DNA from: an uncultured Methanobacteriaceae archaeon
GTDB lineage: Archaea > Methanobacteriota > Methanobacteria > Methanobacteriales > Methanobacteriaceae
Direction: 5' to 3'
Assembly (NCBI GenBank): GCA_964399835.1
Contig: CAYNSJ010000001.1
Location: forward strand, 25,132-89,131
Length of the DNA stretch: 64,000 nt
Shown in pieces: positions 1 to 9,545 of this stretch (position 1 is the stretch's first letter; each line of letters starts with the position of its first letter). The position numbers were made by a program, and so were the translations under genes. The notes beneath the pieces were generated by a model. It ran no database searches. It was given only the letters and a program-made list of their open reading frames with translations, and was not told the DNA's origin.

Positions 1-64
1 TATTCTTTTTATATTTTAATAATAGCGATAAAAATAACGTTTTTATCAGAGAGGTAAAAAAAAT

Positions 65-766
65 ATGAAAAAAAGTATGGTGATCTTTTTAATAGTTATC
101 ATGATATTTAGTTCATTAGGAGCAATTTCAGCTACAACACCTGCAAGAAACCACACAAATAGTGCTCAGTGTTACAGTTGTAATGATTCTAGTCAATGTT
201 ATTGTGATGATAATTGTTTATGTAAAGATCCAAATTATATACAAAAAATTGGTGGAGTAAATAAAATAAGAAACAATGACAGTTGTTATAGATGTAATGA
301 AACATGCTATTGTCCAGACAATTGTAGTTGTAAACAGCCTTATTCACAAGAAGAAATTGAAGAATCAAAAGAGTATATGGCTTATGAAAATAATTTCTTT
401 GTAAAAACATTTAGAGGTACACCCTTTATTTACATAGTTAATATTATTTATGTGAATACACATCATTTAAAAAATCCTCATGTAATTACAAATGATACTC
501 CAAACGGAACAAATAATATAACTAATGGAACAAATACTACTGGTAATACAACAATAAATAATACAAATGCTACTGCAGATAATGGTACTAATACAACTGC
601 TGTAAATGATACTTCTGATAATGGTTCTACAGATTCTGGAAATACTAATACTGGTAATGATGGATCTAGTGGAGACACTAGTGATTCAGGAAATACTGGA
701 GATACCAGTGACTCTGGAAATTCTAATGATGCATCTTCTCAATCATCTAGTTCCAATAGTTCATAA
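65..766 (+). CDS. Secreted Cys-rich / Asn-Thr-Ser-rich protein (hypothetical)
   Basis: 233-aa ORF with an N-terminal Sec-type signal (MKKSMVIFLIVIMIFSSLGAISA). It has two copies of a CYxCN...CYCxDNCxCKxP cysteine motif. The C-terminal half is low-complexity N/T/S/G/D with many N-x-S/T sequons. No family recognised. Confidence 0.55.
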   Translation: MKKSMVIFLIVIMIFSSLGAISATTPARNHTNSAQCYSCNDSSQCYCDDNCLCKDPNYIQKIGGVNKIRNNDSCYRCNETCYCPDNCSCKQPYSQEEIEESKEYMAYENNFFVKTFRGTPFIYIVNIIYVNTHHLKNPHVITNDTPNGTNNITNGTNTTGNTTINNTNATADNGTNTTAVNDTSDNGSTDSGNTNTGNDGSSGDTSDSGNTGDTSDSGNSNDASSQSSSSNSS

Positions 767-827
767 AATAAGTATACTTAACATTAAGAATCAATAAATA
801 TATTGTTTCTTATTATCTTTTTTTTTA

Positions 828-836
828 AAATTATTT
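828..836. terminator. Oligo-T run between convergent genes (possible archaeal terminator)
   Basis: Run of 9 T between the stop of 65..766 (+) and the stop of 899..1672 (-). Archaeal RNAP terminates at oligo-T, but T runs are common in this AT-rich DNA. Confidence 0.3.
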
Positions 837-898
837 AATATAATAAAATAAGTAAAATAAAGATCAATAGATTAAGTTTCTATTAATCAGATATTTAT

Positions 899-1672
899 TT
901 AAATGTAATTTTCTAATTCTTCAAGAGATCTAACTACAATTTCTTTATCTATTCCTTCAACATGTGGTCTTGTGACTAATATTACGGGAATTCCTAATTC
1001 AATTGCAGCATCTATTTTGTTTTCTGTTCCACCACTTTCACCACTTTCTTTGGTAATTATTGCATTTATATTATATTCTTTCATTAATGCCATGTTGAAC
1101 TCTTTGGAATATGTTCCTTGCATAGCAATAATGTTTTTTGCTGGTACATTTGTTTTTTGTGTATTGGATATACTAAATGTATTTGGTAAAACTCGTGGTA
1201 CTACTTGTTCTGGATTAACTTCTTTTACTATTTCTGGTAGTGTCATGACACCAGCTAAATGCATTAATTTTTTATCAGGTGTATCTAGTAAATTATTTGC
1301 TTCAATAGCTCCTTCTTGAAAACTAGGAACTTTTATAATTAATTCAGAATTTGGTAATATCGTTGATGGACGTTCAAAACGAATATATTTTATTTCAGTT
1401 TTATTTGCACTTTTTATTGCAGTTTCAGTGGCTATTGCTGCAAAGGGGTGTGTTGCATCAATTAATGTATCTATTTTTTTTTCGTTTATTACTTTTATAA
1501 AATCTTCTTCACGTAAAGCTTTTGATATAACTTCAGTTGCACCAGCAGATTCTGCAATTTTTGCACCATAATCTGTAATTGTTGTAGCAAGAATATAATT
1601 ATTTGAATTGCTACTTAGTAAATTAATTATTTTGCTAGAGTCAGATGTACCTGACATTACTATTGCTCTCAT
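899..1672 (-). CDS. cbiJ: Cobalt-precorrin-6A reductase (CbiJ/CobK family)
   Basis: 257 aa. The N-terminus MRAIVMSGTSDSSKI resembles the GGTSE start of CobK/CbiJ. The DATHPFA motif, overall length and layout are typical of the family. Confidence 0.7.
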   Translation of the reverse strand: MRAIVMSGTSDSSKIINLLSSNSNNYILATTITDYGAKIAESAGATEVISKALREEDFIKVINEKKIDTLIDATHPFAAIATETAIKSANKTEIKYIRFERPSTILPNSELIIKVPSFQEGAIEANNLLDTPDKKLMHLAGVMTLPEIVKEVNPEQVVPRVLPNTFSISNTQKTNVPAKNIIAMQGTYSKEFNMALMKEYNINAIITKESGESGGTENKIDAAIELGIPVILVTRPHVEGIDKEIVVRSLEELENYI

Positions 1673-1913
1673 TTATTTAATCCTCTAGTTTTTTTTTAAA
1701 ATAAAAATAATTATAGTATTATTAAATTTCTTTATATTTTTATAATGCTTTTCATTATTCATTTAATTATTTATATTTTCATATAATAAAATATTACATC
1801 AAGTTGATTTTATTTTTTCATAGTCATAATGTATTTTATTTAATGATTATTAAAAATTGATTTTATATTATTTAAAAAAAGAAATTAAATGGGGGATGAA
1901 TGTTTTAAAATAT

Positions 1914-4448
1914 TTAGTTTATGAATTTATCTTCAGCTTTTACTATTATTCTTTCTGCTATTACTATTGTTAATGCAATTATTATTATTGAAATCCAATT
2001 TTCAATTGGTATTGCAGTTGTTCTGAATATACTTTGTACTCCTGGTATGTATATTGCACATAATTGTAATATGAATGATAATAACACTGCAAATAATAAT
2101 GTTCTGTTTATTTTAGTTCCTTTGGATTTACAATTGAATACATTGAATAATTGGTACATTACAAATACTGTAAATGCTATTGTACTTGCAAGTATTGTTG
2201 GTGTTCCTATTGATAATTCATAGAAATATAATCCTAATGTACCGATTGCCATTACAATACCAATTAATATTATATGTATTAGATTATGTTTGGATAATAT
2301 ATCTTCATTTGTAGGTTTTCTTTCCATAACATCAACATCAGGAGCTTCTACTCCTAAAGATTGTGCTGGTGGTCCATCCATGATTATGTTTATCCATAAT
2401 AATTGTACTGGATTGAATGGTAATGGAATTGACATTAATGTTGTTGTTAATACTGTTAATATTGCTGCTATATTAGTTGATAATTGATATTTAATAAATC
2501 TTTTAATGTTAGCAAATATTGTACGTCCTTCTTTTATTGCAGAAATTATGGTTGCAAAGTTATCATCTTGTAATATCATATCACTTGATTCTTTAGCAAC
2601 ATCAGTACCTGAACCCATTGATACTCCAATATTAGCTGTTGTTAATGCTGGTGCGTCATTTACTCCATCTCCTGTCATGGATACGGTTTCACCATTATTT
2701 TTCAATGCTTTTACAATTCGAACTTTTTGTTCAGGGAATACTCGAGCATATACATTTACTTTATTAACTTGTTTTTCAAATTCTTCATCTGATAATTTAT
2801 CTATTTCAGGTCCAGTTAATACTAAATCACTATTTTCAATTCCTACTTTTTTAGCTATTGCTCGAGCTGTATCTTTATGATCTCCTGTAATCATTTTTAC
2901 TTTTATTCCTGCAGATTTACATGTTTCTATTGCAGGGAATACTTCTTCTCTTGCTGGATCCATCATACCAATTAATCCAGTAAAGATTAAATCTTCTTCT
3001 AATTCATAATCATTATATTTACTATAATCATCAATTTCTTTGTAGGATAATGCTAGTACTCTTAGAGCTTTACTTGTAAATTCAGATATTTTATTTTGTA
3101 TTGTTTTTATTTCTTCATCTGTGATTGGTGTAACTGTTCCATTGTTATTTATGTAACTACATTTTTCTAGTATTATTTCAGGTGCTCCTTTGATGAGTAC
3201 ATATTCTTTGTTATCTATTTTATCAATAGTTGTCATTCGTTTTCTATCACTATCTAATGGTATTTCATGTAATTTTTCATGTTTTGCATTAGCATCATAA
3301 TTATTTTTCATAGCAAATTCTAGTATGGAAACATCTGTTGGATCTCCAAGTCCTCTTTCTTTTTTAGGATCTATTTTTGCATTGTTACAGTATCCAGATA
3401 TTTTGTAAGATAATTCTTTATCGGTTAAGTATGTATCAGTTACTGTTAATTTATTTAATGTTAATGTTCCTGTTTTATCAGTACATATTACAGAACATGA
3501 ACCTAATGTTTCAACTGCTAATAATTTTCTTACAACTGCTTGATGTTTTGCCATTCTTTGCATTCCAAGAGCTAAAGTAAGAGTCAATATTGCAGGTAAT
3601 CCTTCAGGTATTGCAGCTACTGCTAATGATACTGCAGTCATGAATGTACTTGCAGCAGGTATCCCTTGTAATAGTTCTAATATGAATATAAATACACAAA
3701 CAACTACTGCTAATAACCCTAATGTTTTTCCAAGTTTATTAATTTTTATTTGTAAAGGTGTATCTTCATCTTCTTCTTGGATCATTGATGCTATTTTTCC
3801 AATTTCTGTGTCCATTCCAATTTCTGTTACAACACCTTCTCCTCTTCCTTTTGATATTCCTGTATTCATAAATACTATATTATCTTTAGAAGTTGATTCT
3901 TCATTTATGTTGGTTACAGCTTCAGCTGTTTTAGTAACGGGTAATGATTCACCAGTAAAAGATGATTCATTTACTTTTAGATCATATGTTTTTATTAATC
4001 TAATATCTGCAGGTACATTATCTCCTTCTTCAAGAAGAACAATATCTCCTTTTGTCACATCTTCAACGTTAACTTCTTGTTTTTTACCATCACGTTTTAT
4101 TATTGCAGTTTTGTTTGCCATGGATTTAAGTTTCTCCATTGCATTTTCAGCTTTGTTTCCTTGTTGATATCCAATTACTGCATTTAATATTACTACAAAA
4201 AATATTACACCAGAATCAATATAATCACCTATTGCTGCAGCTATAACTCCTGCTATAATAAGTAAAATCATTAAGGGCTCAATAAATTGTTTTAGAAACT
4301 TTTTTAAATTACTTTCTTTTTTCTTTTCTTTTAATGCATTTTTTCCATATTTTTGAATTCTTAATTCTGCTTCTTGTGTTGTTAATCCGTTAGGTGAAGT
4401 ATTAAGTTCATTTAATGTATCAGTTACTGATTTTTCTTCCCATTTCAT
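1914..4448 (-). CDS. Cation-transporting P-type ATPase (type II, Ca2+/SERCA-PacL-like)
   Basis: 844 aa with the phosphorylation motif ICTDKTGTLT, TGES, the hinge MTGDGVNDAPAL and the PEGLP motif in TM4. The N-terminal cation-ATPase domain begins GLTTQEAELRIQKYGKN, and about 10 TM segments are apparent. Confidence 0.9.
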   Translation of the reverse strand: MKWEEKSVTDTLNELNTSPNGLTTQEAELRIQKYGKNALKEKKKESNLKKFLKQFIEPLMILLIIAGVIAAAIGDYIDSGVIFFVVILNAVIGYQQGNKAENAMEKLKSMANKTAIIKRDGKKQEVNVEDVTKGDIVLLEEGDNVPADIRLIKTYDLKVNESSFTGESLPVTKTAEAVTNINEESTSKDNIVFMNTGISKGRGEGVVTEIGMDTEIGKIASMIQEEDEDTPLQIKINKLGKTLGLLAVVVCVFIFILELLQGIPAASTFMTAVSLAVAAIPEGLPAILTLTLALGMQRMAKHQAVVRKLLAVETLGSCSVICTDKTGTLTLNKLTVTDTYLTDKELSYKISGYCNNAKIDPKKERGLGDPTDVSILEFAMKNNYDANAKHEKLHEIPLDSDRKRMTTIDKIDNKEYVLIKGAPEIILEKCSYINNNGTVTPITDEEIKTIQNKISEFTSKALRVLALSYKEIDDYSKYNDYELEEDLIFTGLIGMMDPAREEVFPAIETCKSAGIKVKMITGDHKDTARAIAKKVGIENSDLVLTGPEIDKLSDEEFEKQVNKVNVYARVFPEQKVRIVKALKNNGETVSMTGDGVNDAPALTTANIGVSMGSGTDVAKESSDMILQDDNFATIISAIKEGRTIFANIKRFIKYQLSTNIAAILTVLTTTLMSIPLPFNPVQLLWINIIMDGPPAQSLGVEAPDVDVMERKPTNEDILSKHNLIHIILIGIVMAIGTLGLYFYELSIGTPTILASTIAFTVFVMYQLFNVFNCKSKGTKINRTLLFAVLLSFILQLCAIYIPGVQSIFRTTAIPIENWISIIIIALTIVIAERIIVKAEDKFIN

Positions 4449-4880
4449 TTATACTAATTCCTCCTTTTTCATTATATAAAATGAGGTTTTATGATAATTA
4501 ATTAATTTAAATTTATTTTGAAGATTATGATTTATTTCTTCTGTACTTAGTGGTTTAATTATTAAATCTGCATTAATTTTTTTAGCTAATTGTACTAAGT
4601 CTTGTTGTAATTCTTCAGGGGGTCTTATAGAATATATTAAATCTGCATCTTTGTATAATTTTAAGTTCGGTTTGGTTATATCATCTTTTATTATTTTTTC
4701 ATTTGTAGGATGTATATCTATTAATTTTATATTAATTGACAATTCTTTTTCTATTATTTGACTTGGTGTTAATACTTTTCCTACTCCAATTTCTATGATA
4801 TGATTGTTTTTATTGTAGTTTTCTATTATGTAATCTGTAAAATTTTTCCATATCTGATTCAACATTATCACTCTTTTCAT
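4449..4880 (-). CDS. UPF0146-family protein (small Rossmann/methyltransferase-like fold)
   Basis: 143 aa. The IIEIGVG glycine-rich loop followed by DI...D and LIYSIRPP resembles the archaeal UPF0146 (MTH1000-like) family. Its stop codon directly abuts the ATPase ATG. Confidence 0.55.
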   Translation of the reverse strand: MKRVIMLNQIWKNFTDYIIENYNKNNHIIEIGVGKVLTPSQIIEKELSINIKLIDIHPTNEKIIKDDITKPNLKLYKDADLIYSIRPPEELQQDLVQLAKKINADLIIKPLSTEEINHNLQNKFKLINYHKTSFYIMKKEELV

Positions 4881-5335
4881 ATTATATTCATATTTTAATT
4901 TGATATAATTTTCAAAATTATATATTTATCATGATAATTCATTATAATCCCTAGGATATACTCCTTATTCGGATTACAACTTTTATATGGATTACTTAAT
5001 TAAAAATAGTATCTTTACTGTTATTATTATTACATAACATTATTTTATTTTCTTTATCTAATATTATTTATATATTACTGTATGTTCACTTTTTTTTATT
5101 TAATAATTTATTAAAAATTTTAGTTTAAATAAATATCTCTTTATTTTAATATTTATTTTATAAATAACTTTTTTTTTTATTAGAATTGATTCTATATGAT
5201 CAGCTTATAATAATGAATAGAATAATAAATAATTTCCATTATTTTAAAACTTTTTTATTTTTTCAAGTATTTTTTAAAATAAACTATTTAACCTAATAAT
5301 ACAAAATTTTATAATATATCTTGAATAGTTAAAGG

Positions 5336-7201
5336 GTGTTATTTTTTGTGTATAGTGTAAATTTATATAATGAAACAAACAAATTACTTTCTGAATTTGA
5401 AATAGAAAAGATTAATGAATTTGATTCATCTTCTTTTGTAAATTATGTTCCTTCAATGAAATATGAACATATAAAATTTTTAAATCAATTTGTTAATACA
5501 GGAATTACTGTTCTTATTCCAAATAGTAATATGGATGATTTTATAATTCAATATAGAAATAATACTGTTATGAATTATTATCCTTATGAAACTCAACACT
5601 CTTTAGAAGGAGCTTTAATTATTAAAACTATTTTTAAAAATGATAAAAAGAAAATCATGTTAAATCTTTTTAGAGAAGTCTATAAAACAGATAGTTCTAG
5701 ATTTATTAATCTAAATTTATTTGAAAACCATCAAATGATAAAAAGTTTCAGAATTAAAATAATAAGATATTGTGATAAAATCTTTTATTTAATTAGAGAT
5801 ATAACAACTATGACTTTTTTAAAAAGACGTGAAAAAATACTTTTCGAGAATTATTTTAATAATACTATTATAATTCAAAATAAAAAGATTATTCAAGCTA
5901 ATAAAACTTTTTTAAAAACATTCAATATTAAAAATTTATCTTTTGATACTTATAAAAAATTTTTTTCAGAAATTAAAGTTATAGAAGGACCTTCACTTCA
6001 AGAATTGAGAGAAATTTATTTGGAAATACTTGGTCAAGAATTATTCCATTATTATGAAAAAGTACATATTCTATTTTCTGGTGATGACTATTGGTTTAAT
6101 GTTTACATTACTTTTACAACTTATAATGATAAACCTGCGGTACTAGTAGTTTTTAATGATATAAGTGATCAACAAAAAACAACAATAGCATTAAAAGAAA
6201 AGTCTAAAGAAGCTTTAACTTTGCAAAAAGAATTATATAAAATACAATCATTTAGTAGAACTGGTATGAGTTATCAAAAAGGAAATAGTCCTTTAATATC
6301 AACACCTGTTGTATTTGATGCTTTAGGTATTGATCCTAAAGATTTTAATAATTATTCAGGTAACTTTTTAGAATATGTATTAGAAGAAGATCAAAAAATA
6401 TTAATAGACTCACATAAAAAATGTACACCTACCAATCCTGAAAATATTTTCATGATAAGAGTTAATACAAAAATGGGAATCAGACATGTAAATGTTTATC
6501 TTATATATGACTTTGATGAAGAAGGTAATTATATTGGACGTGTTGATTTTTATCAAGATGTAACAGAATTAATTGAATCTGAAAATAACTTAAAAACAGC
6601 ATTAAATGAAAAAGATACTCTTTTAAAAGAAGTGCATCATAGAGTCAAAAATAATCTTCAAATTATTTCATCTTTAATTAATTTAGGTGAATATTATAAA
6701 TCAGATAATCCAGAAAATCTTATTGAAGATATTAAAAATCGTATAAATGCAATGGCATTAGTACATGAGAAAATCTATGCTTCTGATACATTAGATAAAA
6801 TTAACATGAAAGAATATATTAAATCTATTGTTACTTCACTGTTTAATTTATATAATGCGGATATTACATTTATTCCAGACTTAGATCCTGTTGAAATTGA
6901 ACTTTCAGAAGCTATACCATTAGGTTTAATTCTCAATGAATTAATTACTAATGTAATTAAATATGCATTTCCAAATAATCAGTCAGGTGATTTGTATATT
7001 TCACTTAAAGAAGATAATGATATTATTAAGTTAATTTTTAAAGATAATGGTGTAGGATTCCCTGATGATTTAAATGTGGAAGATTTATCAACTCTGGGTA
7101 TGGTTGTTGTTAAGAATTTGACATATCAAATAGATGGAACAATTGAGTTGCATAATGATAATGGTGCATATATAGAAATTGTTTTTAATAGAAATCAATA
7201 A
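5336..7201 (+). CDS. Cytoplasmic PAS-domain sensor histidine kinase (HisKA_2/HWE-type H-box)
   Basis: 621 aa. H-box EVHHRVKNNLQIISSLINL, and an HATPase_c domain with an N-box (LNELITNVIKYAFP) and G-boxes (DNGVGFP, GLGM-like STLGM). PAS-like repeats lie upstream and no TM segment is visible. The GTG start is uncertain. Confidence 0.8.
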   Translation: MLFFVYSVNLYNETNKLLSEFEIEKINEFDSSSFVNYVPSMKYEHIKFLNQFVNTGITVLIPNSNMDDFIIQYRNNTVMNYYPYETQHSLEGALIIKTIFKNDKKKIMLNLFREVYKTDSSRFINLNLFENHQMIKSFRIKIIRYCDKIFYLIRDITTMTFLKRREKILFENYFNNTIIIQNKKIIQANKTFLKTFNIKNLSFDTYKKFFSEIKVIEGPSLQELREIYLEILGQELFHYYEKVHILFSGDDYWFNVYITFTTYNDKPAVLVVFNDISDQQKTTIALKEKSKEALTLQKELYKIQSFSRTGMSYQKGNSPLISTPVVFDALGIDPKDFNNYSGNFLEYVLEEDQKILIDSHKKCTPTNPENIFMIRVNTKMGIRHVNVYLIYDFDEEGNYIGRVDFYQDVTELIESENNLKTALNEKDTLLKEVHHRVKNNLQIISSLINLGEYYKSDNPENLIEDIKNRINAMALVHEKIYASDTLDKINMKEYIKSIVTSLFNLYNADITFIPDLDPVEIELSEAIPLGLILNELITNVIKYAFPNNQSGDLYISLKEDNDIIKLIFKDNGVGFPDDLNVEDLSTLGMVVVKNLTYQIDGTIELHNDNGAYIEIVFNRNQ

Positions 7202-7210
7202 TTTTTTTTT
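7202..7210 (+). terminator. Oligo-T run immediately after the kinase stop codon
   Basis: TAA at 7199-7201 is followed by 9 consecutive T. Confidence 0.35.
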
Positions 7211-7447
7211 AAATTTATATCTCTTTTTTTAATTTAGAAATTTTTAAACTAATATATAATGTATAAATTGATTTTTGCCGATATTTGTTTTTACTTTAAT
7301 ACTGATTTGAATAATGTTCTAATATTTAAGTATTATATTTAAAATAAAAGTTACAATAATCTTTATTTGATTCAATTAGTTTTAATATCAATTATAAATA
7401 TATCTAGTGATATAAACATTATTAGTTAATTTAAGGATTTTAAAATA

Positions 7448-7885
7448 ATGATTATACGAGATTTTAAGTTATCTGATTTGGATCGTATTCTAAGTATTGA
7501 ATTTGAAGAATTTAATGATCCTTATCCTGCAAATATGATTTTACAATTATATGATTTAGGAGCTGGATTTCTAGTAGCAGAATTAAATCATATTGTAGTA
7601 GGATATATAATTTTTTGGGTAAAGGAAAACAGAATAGGACATATCATTGTTATAGCTGTAGATAGTGAATATCATAACATGCAAATAGGAACAATATTGA
7701 TAAAAAAATCAATAGATATATTCAAAAGAAATAAAATTAATAAAGTTATTTTAGAAGTTCGTAAATCAAATATAAAAGCAAGAAATTTCTATCAAAAAAA
7801 TGGATTTGTACCTACAGATGTAACACCAGGATATTATGATGATGGTGAAACAGCTATTATAATGCAATATTATAATTCAGATTAA
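7448..7885 (+). CDS. rimI: GNAT N-acetyltransferase (RimI / archaeal Nat-like)
   Basis: 145 aa. The acetyl-CoA binding segment is IAVDSEYHNMQIGTILI, with LEVRKSNIKARNFYQKNGF and a C-terminal YY.DGE.A..M typical of RimI-type enzymes. Confidence 0.75.
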   Translation: MIIRDFKLSDLDRILSIEFEEFNDPYPANMILQLYDLGAGFLVAELNHIVVGYIIFWVKENRIGHIIVIAVDSEYHNMQIGTILIKKSIDIFKRNKINKVILEVRKSNIKARNFYQKNGFVPTDVTPGYYDDGETAIIMQYYNSD

Positions 7886-8352
7886 ATTAATAAAAATTTT
7901 ATTAAATAATAATTTATGACTTTTTTTTCCGTAACTTTTTTTTACTATTGAATACTATATATTAATATTAGAAATGAATAAATGGAAATTGTTTAAAATA
8001 TTTTTTTTAAAAATACTCATATAATTTCCTATTCCTAGTTTAATAATGATTTCTATCTTAAATAATAGAATTAAGGCATGTTTTCGTTCATGTTCTTATA
8101 AAAAAGAGTAAGGGTTTGGTAACAATCAGAGAAAATTTTTTCTATTTTTTATAATTAAATTAAAAAATTATTAGATAATTTACTGAAAGAATAGGAACTT
8201 TTTTATAGTAATTTTATATTATTTACTATTAGAAAAATTATGTTTTTATTGTTATCAATTATTTTATTGATATTATTTAGTGATTAAATTAGGTAAACGT
8301 TAATTATTTGTTTACATTTCATTATTATTTTAATATAACAAAAAATTAAGGA

Positions 8353-8378
8353 TTTAGTATATTGTTTGATATACTAAA
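8353..8378. promoter_or_regulatory. Perfect 10-bp inverted repeat (TTTAGTATAT-N6-ATATACTAAA) upstream of carA
   Basis: Read directly from the sequence. It lies 26-51 nt upstream of the carA ATG and about 16 nt downstream of a TATA-like TTTTAATATA at 8328-8337. That is the position where archaeal repressor operators, or a 5' leader hairpin, are expected. Confidence 0.3.
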
Positions 8379-8403
8379 ATCATTTATCAAATAGGGGTTT
8401 GAA

Positions 8404-9486
8404 ATGGCAAAAATTGCAAAACTAGCATTAGAAGATGGTACTATAATAGAAGGTCAAGGTTTTGGTGCTGAAGCAATCAGATCTGGAGAAATAGTTTTTT
8501 CAACATCAATGACTGGATATGTAGAATCATTAACTGATCCATCTTATAAAGGTCAATTATTAATGTCTACTTATCCATTACAAGGAAACTATGGAGTATC
8601 TTCTGATTGGTATCAGTCTGATGATATAAAAGCTGAAGCTTTTATTGTAAGACAAGTATGTAAAAAACCGTGTCACGCGAAATCGGAAATGACACTATCT
8701 GAATTTTTAGAAAAGTACAATGTACCAGGTATAAGTCATGTTGATACACGTGCTTTAACTTTAAAAATCAGAGAATTAGGATCCATGAAAGCAGCAGTTG
8801 CAAATCAGGATATAAGTGATGAAGATCTATTAAGTATGGTAGAAAGACAACCTTATATTGAAGATATGAAATTAGTTAATCAAATAACTGTTAAGGAACC
8901 AAAAGTTATTAATGAAAGACAAGATTACAATGTAGTTGTATTAGATTGTGGTGTTAAAAGGAATATCTTAAAAGAACTCACAAAACGGAATGTAGGAATA
9001 ACAGTAGTACCACCAAATACATCTGCAAAAGATATTTTAGATTTAGATGTTGATGGAGTATTAATATCCAGTGGACCTGGAAATCCAGAGAATGTTGATT
9101 CAATACAAGATACTATAAAAAAAGTAGCTGAAAGAATGCCAATATCTGGAATATGTTTAGGACAACAAATCACAGCATTAGCTTATGGTGCAAAAATTTA
9201 TAAAATGAAATTTGGTCATAGAGGATCAAATCAACCAGTAAAAAATCTTAAAACAGGGCAAGTATATATAACATCACAAAATCACAGTTTTGCAGTAGAT
9301 CCTGAATCAATTAAAGGTACTGATTTAGAAGTTACTCAAATAAATTTAAATGATAACTCACCAGAAGCAATTGTACACAAAGAATTACCAATTTCATGTA
9401 TACAATACCATCCAGAAGCAGGACCAGGACCACATGACTCAAGAAAATTCTTTGATGAATTCTTAGATACAGTTAAAAAATACTAA
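8404..9486 (+). CDS. carA: Carbamoyl-phosphate synthase small (glutaminase) subunit
   Basis: 360 aa. N-terminus LEDGT...[15 protein letters not shown], a class-I amidotransferase with the catalytic GICLGQQ and HP/E at IQYHPEA. Confidence 0.95.
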   Translation: MAKIAKLALEDGTIIEGQGFGAEAIRSGEIVFSTSMTGYVESLTDPSYKGQLLMSTYPLQGNYGVSSDWYQSDDIKAEAFIVRQVCKKPCHAKSEMTLSEFLEKYNVPGISHVDTRALTLKIRELGSMKAAVANQDISDEDLLSMVERQPYIEDMKLVNQITVKEPKVINERQDYNVVVLDCGVKRNILKELTKRNVGITVVPPNTSAKDILDLDVDGVLISSGPGNPENVDSIQDTIKKVAERMPISGICLGQQITALAYGAKIYKMKFGHRGSNQPVKNLKTGQVYITSQNHSFAVDPESIKGTDLEVTQINLNDNSPEAIVHKELPISCIQYHPEAGPGPHDSRKFFDEFLDTVKKY

Positions 9487-9545
9487 ATAGTAGAACATTG
9501 CTTAATAAAGGAAAATAATTATTTATTTTTAGGGGTTAATAATAT

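Noticed and set aside
1921-4167. Plus-strand ORFs of 65-175 aa (1921..2223, 2290..2487, 2506..2880, 3377..3580, 3640..4167) inside the P-type ATPase gene
   Set aside because: They lie entirely antisense to a gene with unmistakable P-type ATPase motifs. Their translations are low-complexity with no motifs. These are typical shadow ORFs in AT-rich DNA.
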